Below are positions 18,979 to 24,000 of a DNA stretch of 24,000 nt, piece by piece. The translations under genes were made by a program, and so were the position numbers. The notes beneath the pieces are model-generated. The model worked only from the letters and a program-made list of their open reading frames with translations. It did no database searches and had not been told where the DNA came from. The stretch lies in the NCBI GenBank assembly GCA_028692875.1, contig JAQUWL010000001.1:126191-150190 (forward strand). The letters are read 5' to 3'. Numbering within the stretch: the first letter of the stretch is position 1; each line of letters starts with the position of its first letter. The stretch comes from Sulfurospirillaceae bacterium. GTDB taxonomy: Bacteria > Campylobacterota > Campylobacteria > Campylobacterales > Sulfurospirillaceae.

Positions 18979-19254
18979 ATGAAATTTGAATGGGATACTA
19001 AAAAAGCACTGTCAAATCTGTAAAAACATTGTATTTCATTTGAGGAAGCAAGCACAGTATTTGGTGATTTTTTATCAATTACGATAGAAGACCCCTTGCA
19101 TTCCCAAGAGGAAAATAGATTTATTTTGATAGGAAAGTCGATAGCTTTAAGCACGCTTATAGTTGTTCATATCGAGCAAAGTGAGAGCATTCGTATCATC
19201 TCGGCTCGAAAGGCAACCAAAAAAGAACAAAAGATATATGAGGACCAAAAATGA
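18979..19254 (+). pseudogene. brnT: BrnT (DUF497) type II toxin gene interrupted by an in-frame TAA at codon 15
   Basis: My translation: MKFEWDTKKALSNL*KHCISFEEASTVFGDFLSITIEDPLHSQEENRFILIGKSIALSTLIVVHIEQSESIRIISARKATKKEQKIYEDQK. It matches the BrnT pattern (FEWD..K...N..KHG.SFEEA...F.D......D..HS..E.R....G......L.VV......IRIISAR.A...E...Y). The TAA is at 19021-19023. The TGA stop overlaps the downstream ATG (ATGA). Confidence 0.8.
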
Positions 19255-19460
19255 AAACAAAAATTGAGATGTTGCCAGAATATGATTTTAGTAAGGGTAT
19301 TCGTGGAAAATATGCTAAAGCATACCAAGAAGGTGTCAATATTGTGAAGTTGGATGACGATGTTGGTGCAGTATTTTCAGATGCCAAAGCAGTGAATGAA
19401 GCACTTAGAACATTTATCAAACTCTTTTCTAATGTAAAACCAACTGTGGGGGCACATTAA
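19251..19460 (+). CDS. Putative antitoxin in BrnA position (cognate of BrnT/DUF497)
   Basis: 69 aa, 4-nt ATGA overlap with the brnT frame. The EYDFSKGIRGKYAKAY ... VKLDDDV..VF.D...VNEALRTFIK pattern recalls antitoxins paired with DUF497 toxins. The family call rests on position and motif memory only. Confidence 0.55.
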   Translation: MKTKIEMLPEYDFSKGIRGKYAKAYQEGVNIVKLDDDVGAVFSDAKAVNEALRTFIKLFSNVKPTVGAH

Positions 19461-19823
19461 ATGGATTTTATTAGAAAAATATTATTTATACCTATTGCAT
19501 TTATGGCTTCCATTTTGGCAGGTATTTTTGGTTTTTATTTTGGCCAAATATCAGAAAGTTTTTTTGTTATTGATATAGGTATGCCACAAGGAGCAAGTGG
19601 TATATTTTCAGCCTTAGCCTTTGTTGTTGTTGGATTAAAACTATATCCCAATCCAACAAATCAAATTAAAAACTTACTTGCTATTTTAATAATTATATTT
19701 GGTATTGTTTCTTCATTTGGTTCTTACATGAGTGGAGATATTGGTATCATAACAGGAGTAGCAATGATTCTTGGTGGCATAGGGGCTTTTAGAATGAGTG
19801 TTGAAAAATTATCAATTATTTAA
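19461..19823 (+). CDS. Small hypothetical membrane protein (about 4 TM helices)
   Basis: 120 aa, Gly/Ile/Phe-rich hydrophobic segments. The ATG directly abuts the TAA of the antitoxin gene (19458-19460). No family recognised. Confidence 0.5.
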   Translation: MDFIRKILFIPIAFMASILAGIFGFYFGQISESFFVIDIGMPQGASGIFSALAFVVVGLKLYPNPTNQIKNLLAILIIIFGIVSSFGSYMSGDIGIITGVAMILGGIGAFRMSVEKLSII

Positions 19824-19980
19824 GTATTACAATTTGAATTAAATATTTTAAATAAAAATTAAAGTATTTCCCAATCTAAATCCATTTTCAGATTTTAGTG
19901 TCATAACCTTATCTTCAAATACAACTATAAGATAATCTCTAACATGAGTGTTTTCAATATTATTTCTTTGGCAATAGCCA

Positions 19981-20020
19981 AGATTAAAAGGGGTCAGGTC
20001 TAAACTTTAAACTTTTCAAA
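19981..20020. repeat. Hairpin repeat copy R1 (degenerate)
   Basis: AGATTAAAAGGGGTCAGGTCTAAACTTTAAACTTTTCAAA aligns with R2 (shared TTAAAAGGGGTC.G...CT..A..TTTAAC.TTTT.CAA). Confidence 0.6.
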
Positions 20021-20061
20021 GAAAAATGTGGCATATAATGCTCTGATTTTTCTTTACATGT

Positions 20062-20103
20062 AAGTTAAAAGGGGTCGGAGCTTGAATTTTAACTTTTTGC
20101 AAC
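20062..20103. repeat. Hairpin repeat copy R2
   Basis: AAGTTAAAA (20062-20070) and TTTTAACTT (20087-20095) form a perfect 9-bp inverted repeat around the loop GGGGTCGGAGCTTGAA, followed by TTTGCAAC. Confidence 0.7.
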
Positions 20104-20138
20104 AAAAAAAGCTATATTTCCTTACATGTAAAGAAACT

Positions 20139-20408
20139 TTACCCAAACAACTCCGCATGAGAGCCAATTCTCACAAGGTTGAGTATGCTTTCATCAATCC
20201 TATATATGACCAGCAAATCACCGCTGATGTGAAACTCTCTAAAGTTTGCCCAATTTCCTTCAAGTGCATGCTCAAGCGCTTCTGGTGGTAAAGGTTCATT
20301 TTGGATGATTCTAGCTGTATAGACGATAAACTTTACAAAATGCTTTTCGCTCATTTTTGAATGTGAAAAGTCTTTCGTAAACTGTTTATGCCTCTTAATG
20401 CTTAGCAT
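20139..20408 (-). CDS. yafQ: YafQ/RelE family type II toxin (mRNA interferase)
   Basis: LPPEALEHALEGNWANFREFHISGDLLVIYRIDESILNLVRIGSHAELFG aligns closely with E. coli YafQ (LP..YKDHPLQGSWKGYRDAHVEPDWILIYK....LRFERTGTHAALFG). I chose the ATG at 20408 (MLSIKRHKQF). It overlaps the dinJ 3' end by 14 nt. Confidence 0.85.
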   Translation of the reverse strand: MLSIKRHKQFTKDFSHSKMSEKHFVKFIVYTARIIQNEPLPPEALEHALEGNWANFREFHISGDLLVIYRIDESILNLVRIGSHAELFG

Positions 20409-20670
20409 GTTTTTGGCTTTCAAATTCCGCTTTCAATTGCTCGATAGAGGTTTCCTCCATATTGATTCCCTTCAAAACCTCATTCATAACTTGTGCTGTT
20501 TTTTCGTTGGGAATTTTGAGTTCAAAAGGGATGCCATTTTCGCTTTTTACTTTGGCTAAAAACATATTGATTGCTTGTGAAGTGCTAATGCCAAGTTGTT
20601 TAAAGATAGCTTCTGCTGAATTTTTCAACTCTACATCGCATCTAGCTCTTATGGTTGCTTCAAGTGCCAT
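20395..20670 (-). CDS. dinJ: DinJ/RelB family antitoxin
   Basis: 91 aa. IRARCDVELKNSAEAIFKQLGISTSQAINMFLAKVKSENGIPFELK matches the DinJ RHH N-terminus (VRARIDEDLKNQA..VL..MGLT.S..V..FL..V......PF.L). AAGGAG RBS. Confidence 0.85.
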   Translation of the reverse strand: MALEATIRARCDVELKNSAEAIFKQLGISTSQAINMFLAKVKSENGIPFELKIPNEKTAQVMNEVLKGINMEETSIEQLKAEFESQKHAKH

Positions 20671-20692
20671 GTTAACTCCTTATTTTTTTAAA

Positions 20693-20726
20693 TTGTAGCA
20701 CAATTTTGCTACAAAAATCAATTATA
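20693..20726 (-). promoter_or_regulatory. dinJ-yafQ promoter (-10 TATAAT) with a candidate operator palindrome
   Basis: On the minus strand the order is TATAAT (rc of 20721-20726), then the perfect inverted repeat TTGTAGCA-N6-TGCTACAA (20693-20714), then the AGGAG RBS and the ATG. This is the typical layout of an autoregulated TA operator. Confidence 0.5.
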
Positions 20727-20761
20727 GAACGAATATATTAAGCGAGTATTTTAAAAGCCTA

Positions 20762-20998
20762 TTTATAAATATTGCAATCAAAAATGAAGAGATAATTGCT
20801 ATACAATGTAAACATTCATCTGCAAATAATGTTTTTGATAAACAAGCAATATATCAATTGCATACAGAAGCAAGAGAATTTTATAAACCAACAAAGTTAA
20901 TGGCTATTACAAATTCAAGTTTTAATCAAAATGCCATGAATTTAGCAAAAATGCATGGCATAGAAATCGTGGATAGATTCAATTTAACTGTATATTAA
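20762..20998 (+). pseudogene. 5'-truncated Mrr-like (PF04471-type) restriction endonuclease remnant
   Basis: The frame is open 20699-20998 with no canonical start before the TTG at 20858. My translation: ..NIAIKNEEIIAIQCKHSSANNVFDKQAIYQLHTEAREFYKPTKLMAITNSSFNQNAMNLAKMHGIEIVDRFNLTVY*. This matches the (E/Q)xK core plus the ..ITTS.F...A...A....I.LIDG..L tail of Mrr_cat. The upstream catalytic Asp region and N-terminal domain are absent. Confidence 0.5.
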
Positions 20999-21026
20999 TC
21001 TATCAAGTAAAAAAAGTTTTATTTTA

Positions 21027-21064
21027 AAGTTAAAAAGGGAGCTTCATTTTTAACTTTTTCCAAA
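21027..21064. repeat. Hairpin repeat copy R3
   Basis: AAGTTAAAAA (21027-21036) and TTTTTAACTT (21047-21056) form a perfect 10-bp inverted repeat around the loop GGGAGCTTCA, followed by TTTCCAAAAC. Shares stems, the GAGCTT loop core and the 3' tail with R2. Confidence 0.7.
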
Positions 21065-21069
21065 ACATA

Positions 21070-21109
21070 GCGTACGCTTATTGACTATTAACGTACGCCA
21101 ATGTATGAT
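21070..21109 (+). promoter_or_regulatory. Sigma70-type promoter (TTGACT-17-TATGAT) bracketed by two CGTACGC boxes, upstream of phd
   Basis: TTGACT 21081-21086 and TATGAT 21104-21109 with a 17-nt spacer. CGTACGC occurs at 21071-21077 and 21092-21098 (21 bp apart, each holding the palindrome CGTACG), flanking the -35. AAAGGAG RBS at 21125-21131. Confidence 0.5.
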
Positions 21110-21138
21110 TTGGTAAAACTTTGCAAAGGAGCTTTATC

Positions 21139-21366
21139 ATGGTTGTTACTCCTTCAAAACTTAGGGAAAATCTTTACAATCTTCTTGATAGCGTCCTCGA
21201 AAAAGGTGAACTTATCGAGATTTCACGTAAGGGACAGATTTTGCGTATAGTTGCTCAAAAACGTCCTTTACGATTTGACAATATCATTCCTAAAAAAATC
21301 ACCTCAGCAGAAGATAAAGACCTTATCAATGTGGATTGGGAGGACGGATGGAAGCCCTTTATTTAG
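21139..21366 (+). CDS. Phd/YefM family antitoxin
   Basis: MVVTPSKLRENLYNLLDSVLEKGELIEISRKGQILRIVAQ fits the Phd/YefM N-terminal fold pattern (v..seLR.nL...Ld.V...ge.i.I.R.G). ATG at 21139 chosen for RBS spacing. The 3' end overlaps the toxin-remnant ATG. Confidence 0.65.
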   Translation: MVVTPSKLRENLYNLLDSVLEKGELIEISRKGQILRIVAQKRPLRFDNIIPKKITSAEDKDLINVDWEDGWKPFI

Positions 21367-21458
21367 ATACCCATGTAGTATATGCTATGGCAAAAGGCAG
21401 TCCACTTTTAACAAAAGATGACAAAATACTTTCTCATTTTGGCGGGGCGATATGGTAA
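21348..21458 (+). pseudogene. PIN-domain (VapC-type) toxin remnant with a large internal deletion
   Basis: The 36-codon frame reads MEALYLDTHVVYAMAKGSPLLTKDDKILSHFGGAIW*. This is a PIN N-terminus (LYLDTHVV, first catalytic Asp) joined directly to a PIN C-terminus (PLLT.D..I......IW). The ~90 central residues of a normal ~130-aa VapC are missing. Confidence 0.6.
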
Positions 21459-21464
21459 AAAGTT

Positions 21465-21764
21465 ATGTCTGATTTAAATAGTAGTTTTTACAGATGGGAT
21501 GAGGATGTTTTGGTTTTAAATATTTTGGGTAAACCAAGTGCCAAAAAAGACGCTATCGGTAAGCCAATGGGCGATAAACTCAAAGTCAGCGTTACATCTG
21601 CTCCAGAAGATGGAAAGGCGACTGAACACATGATAAAGTTTTTAGCAAAAGAGTTTGGGGTAAGCAAGTCAGATATCGAAATTGTTTTCGGACAAGCAAC
21701 TATCCAAAAGCGTTTTCGGATAAAAAATCCAAAAAAGCTACCGTCTATCATCGAGAAACCCTAG
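21465..21764 (+). CDS. yggU: DUF167 (YggU) family protein
   Basis: 99 aa with LNILGKPSAKKDAI, LKVSVTSAPEDGKATEHMIKFLAKEFGVSKSDIEIVFGQ...KRF. This is the classic YggU pattern (PxdGkAN..l..fLa....v.ks.i.i..G..sr.K). Confidence 0.8.
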   Translation: MSDLNSSFYRWDEDVLVLNILGKPSAKKDAIGKPMGDKLKVSVTSAPEDGKATEHMIKFLAKEFGVSKSDIEIVFGQATIQKRFRIKNPKKLPSIIEKP

Positions 21765-22777
21765 CTACTCAAGAGTATAGCTATCCATTTTGTGCGTGGA
21801 AGGGTGTGCAGTGCCATAGCGATGGACATAGTGATAGGTACTGCTAAAAACATTCCGATAGGTCCCAAAACCCAGCCCCAAAAAATAAGCGACAAAAGCA
21901 CAACCAAAGGAGAAAGTCCAAGCCCTTTGCCTAAAAATCGAGGCTCCAAAATATTTCCAATAAGAACATTTACGACAAGAAAAATGGCGATAACAGCCAC
22001 TGTTGTTGAGGTGTCGTATTCGATAAGTGAAACCAAAATCGCAGGAATAGATGCAACAATAGAGCCAATAGCTGGAATGTAGTTGAGCAAAAATGCGATA
22101 AGACCAAAAAGTATGGCATATTTAACTCCAAAAACCCACAATAACAAACCTATGATAATGCCCGTTGCAAGACTTGAGATGGATTTTATAAGCAAATAGT
22201 GTTTGAGGTTTTCTATAAAATTCATAATTCCCTCTGTCTCTTTTGAGTCGTTGCCTAAAAGCAGACGCATTTTTACTCGCAAACTTGTTGTCTCAAAGAG
22301 GATAAAAGCGACAATCAAAAAGATTAAAAAAGAGCTTGAGAGAAGTTTGCTAAGAGAGCGAAGTATGCTCGTTGTTGTGCTTAAAAGTTGTGCTGGTTGG
22401 AGATACTCTGGCGTTTGCAAAAAGTCAATTTCTGCTCCATTGTTTGGAAAAAAAGCATTTGCTTTTTGTAGTAGCGACATAAGGCGGTCTTGAAAGTTTG
22501 GAAGCTGGCTAATAAAAGTATCAAGAGCGTTTCCTATCATGATAACCATAATGCTCAAAATGCCAACAACGCCGAGTGCAACCATAAAAAAAGCTACAAG
22601 TCGTGGCAATCCTTTGTTTTGAAGCCAAAAAACAGCAGGTGCAGCTATAACAGCTATAAATATTGCCAACAAAATAGGGGCGACAATCTCTTGAGCGGTT
22701 CGCATACCAGCGATGATGATAATAAAAGAGGCAAAAAGCACAAGCGGATGTTGACGTTGAGGGGTTTTGCAAGACAT
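21761..22777 (-). CDS. AI-2E family transporter (PerM/UPF0118)
   Basis: 338 aa, about 8 TM segments. The C-terminal block LNYIPAIGSIVASIPAILV ... GNILEPRFLGKGLGLSPLVVLLSLIFWGWVLGPIGMFLAVPIT is characteristic of AI-2E/PerM permeases. Confidence 0.8.
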   Translation of the reverse strand: MSCKTPQRQHPLVLFASFIIIIAGMRTAQEIVAPILLAIFIAVIAAPAVFWLQNKGLPRLVAFFMVALGVVGILSIMVIMIGNALDTFISQLPNFQDRLMSLLQKANAFFPNNGAEIDFLQTPEYLQPAQLLSTTTSILRSLSKLLSSSFLIFLIVAFILFETTSLRVKMRLLLGNDSKETEGIMNFIENLKHYLLIKSISSLATGIIIGLLLWVFGVKYAILFGLIAFLLNYIPAIGSIVASIPAILVSLIEYDTSTTVAVIAIFLVVNVLIGNILEPRFLGKGLGLSPLVVLLSLIFWGWVLGPIGMFLAVPITMSIAMALHTLPRTKWIAILLSS

Positions 22778-22895
22778 GATAGCCCTTTAAAATATTATTT
22801 TAAAATGATACCATAGCTTTAAAAAGAAAAAACTCTAGTTTAAATGGACTGCACAGCAAAGATACAGCTTAAAGGTCTAAAAAAAGATAATCCGC

Positions 22896-22901
22896 TATAA
22901 T
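22896..22901 (+). promoter_or_regulatory. Candidate -10 box (TATAAT) for ppaC
   Basis: TATAAT lies about 30 nt upstream of the ppaC ATG. AAGGA RBS at 22917-22921. No clear -35. Confidence 0.3.
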
Positions 22902-22930
22902 AATCCTAAAAAACTTCAAGGAAATTTTTA

Positions 22931-23848
22931 ATGAAAACCTATGCATGTGGACATATAAATCCCGATACAGACAGTGTTTGCTCGGCTATTGCGTTGGCAT
23001 ATCTTAAAACTCAAATAGGAGAGCCATGTATTCCAGCTTGTCAAGGAGGATTGAGTCCTGAGAGCGAGTTTGTTTTAAGTACTTTTGGGCTTGAAAAGCC
23101 TGAACTTAAAAATGACTTTTCAGGCGAAAATCTTTACATAACAGACTATTCAGACCTAGCGCAAGCACCACATAATCTCAAAGAGACAAATATCTTAGGC
23201 ATCGTTGACCATCATAAACTAGGCGATATAACAACTTCTACACCGCTTGAGTGCTGGATACGACCTGTGGGATGTACATGTACGATTGTTAAGGAGATGT
23301 TTGAGCACCACAAGGTGGAGATTCCAAAAAATATAGCAGGTGCCATGATGTTGGCAATCCTAAGCGATACGGTTTTGTTCAAATCCCCTACATGTACAAA
23401 AGCCGATACTAAAGCGGTTAAAGAGCTAGCACAAATCGCAGGCGTTGAAGACTTTAAAGCTTTGGGTATGGAGATGTTTTTGGTCAAATCCGCAGTAAAA
23501 GGAGCAACTCCTAGAACTTTATTATTGCGTGATTATAAAGATTTTGAGATGGGTGGAAACAAGATAGGCATCGGTCAGCTTGAAGTTGTGGACTTGAAAG
23601 TGTTTGACGATATGAAAGAGGCACTTTTTGCCGATATGAAAGCATATAAAGCCGAAGGCGGAAGACATACTGTTATGCTTTTATTGACCGATATCATTAC
23701 CGAGGGTTCGCAGTTTTTAGTTGTAAGTGACGATGAGAGTAAGGTTGAGAGTGCATTTGGCAAAAAACTTGAAAATCATCAAATGTGGGTTGATGGGGTT
23801 CTGAGCCGTAAAAAACAGGTTATTCCAGTGATGGAAAAACAGTTCTAA
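22931..23848 (+). CDS. ppaC: Manganese-dependent inorganic pyrophosphatase (family II, DHH)
   Basis: 305 aa with GHINPDTDSVCSAIA, VDHHKLGD, ILSDT..FKSPTCT, and DHHA2-type C-terminal SRKKQVIP. Confidence 0.9.
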   Translation: MKTYACGHINPDTDSVCSAIALAYLKTQIGEPCIPACQGGLSPESEFVLSTFGLEKPELKNDFSGENLYITDYSDLAQAPHNLKETNILGIVDHHKLGDITTSTPLECWIRPVGCTCTIVKEMFEHHKVEIPKNIAGAMMLAILSDTVLFKSPTCTKADTKAVKELAQIAGVEDFKALGMEMFLVKSAVKGATPRTLLLRDYKDFEMGGNKIGIGQLEVVDLKVFDDMKEALFADMKAYKAEGGRHTVMLLLTDIITEGSQFLVVSDDESKVESAFGKKLENHQMWVDGVLSRKKQVIPVMEKQF

Positions 23849-23869
23849 TTATTTAAAAAAGAAGATGCT

Positions 23870-24000
23870 ATGCATACATGTGAGATTGAGCGAAAATTTG
23901 TACTCAAGAGTCCCCAAAAGGCTCTGAGTTATCTTAAAAAATTGGCTGTACATCTTGAAAAACAGGCTATAGTGCAAGTTTATACAAAAATCTCACGTGA
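23870..24000 (+). CDS. CYTH domain protein (triphosphate tunnel metalloenzyme), 5' part only
   Basis: MHTCEIERKFVLKSPQKALSYLKK... carries the N-terminal ExExK signature (EIERKF) of CYTH/class IV adenylate cyclase-like proteins. The frame runs off the window end. Confidence 0.6.
   Translation, partial: MHTCEIERKFVLKSPQKALSYLKKLAVHLEKQAIVQVYTKISR

Noticed and set aside
19021-19023. TAA in brnT as programmed readthrough or recoding
   Set aside because: TAA is the least leaky stop. I see no recoding context such as a SECIS-like structure or slippery site. A simple nonsense mutation explains it.
18954-19154. 66-aa minus-strand ORF
   Set aside because: It is antisense to the brnT pseudogene, whose plus-strand translation has clear family resemblance.
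19848-20010. Minus-strand open frame (..NIENTHVRDYLIVVFEDKVMTLKSENGFRLGNTLIFI*) as a gene remnant downstream of R1
   Set aside because: It has no start codon except a Met giving 18 aa. I can name no family resemblance. It runs through repeat R1. It may be debris of an older cassette, but that cannot be supported.
20082-20698. Plus-strand ORFs 20082-20291 and 20462-20698
   Set aside because: They are antisense to the clearly recognisable yafQ and dinJ genes and have no independent support.
19981-21064. Hairpin repeats R1-R3 as a CRISPR array
   Set aside because: There are only three copies. R1 and R2 are clearly diverged rather than near-identical. Spacing is irregular (81 bp, then about 965 bp with genes in between). 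No cas genes are in the window.
19981-21064. Hairpin repeats as integron attC sites (cassette array)
   Set aside because: The cassette-like layout is suggestive. But the arms read GTTAAAA...TTTTAAC, so GTT comes first and AAC last. Canonical attC has the opposite order, RYYYAAC...GTTRRRY. No extrahelical-base pattern can be argued by eye, and no intI/attI is in the window. I kept it only as a generic junction-repeat finding.

Overview
AT-rich bacterial chromosomal window. Gene content and order look like Campylobacterota (epsilonproteobacteria; Sulfurimonas/Sulfurospirillum-like is only a guess). About 19 kb is a co-oriented (+) housekeeping backbone: folB-plsY (minus strand), nadA-nadC, flhB, an nrnA-like DHH phosphoesterase, M23 peptidase-minC-lpxC, a tsaB-like gene, thrB, ylxR-infB-rbfA-rimP-ribD, a TauE/SafE permease, NnrS, an acyltransferase, and a radical-SAM::MnmC-type methyltransferase fusion. 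After the island come DUF167, an AI-2E transporter, ppaC and the start of a CYTH gene. A ~2.5 kb AT-richer accessory islet (18954-21464) sits between the fusion gene and DUF167. It holds three type II toxin-antitoxin cassettes: brnT with an in-frame stop plus its antitoxin; an intact dinJ-yafQ; and phd plus an internally deleted PIN toxin. It also holds a small membrane protein, a 5'-truncated Mrr-like endonuclease remnant and three copies of a ~40-bp hairpin repeat. The most unusual signal is window-wide: the palindrome TACATGTA (extended consensus CTT-TACATGTA-AG) occurs 16 times, where roughly one is expected. It falls in all three reading frames and in intergenic DNA, like a highly iterated palindrome or uptake-type signal. 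No rRNA, tRNA, CRISPR array or transposase was recognised.
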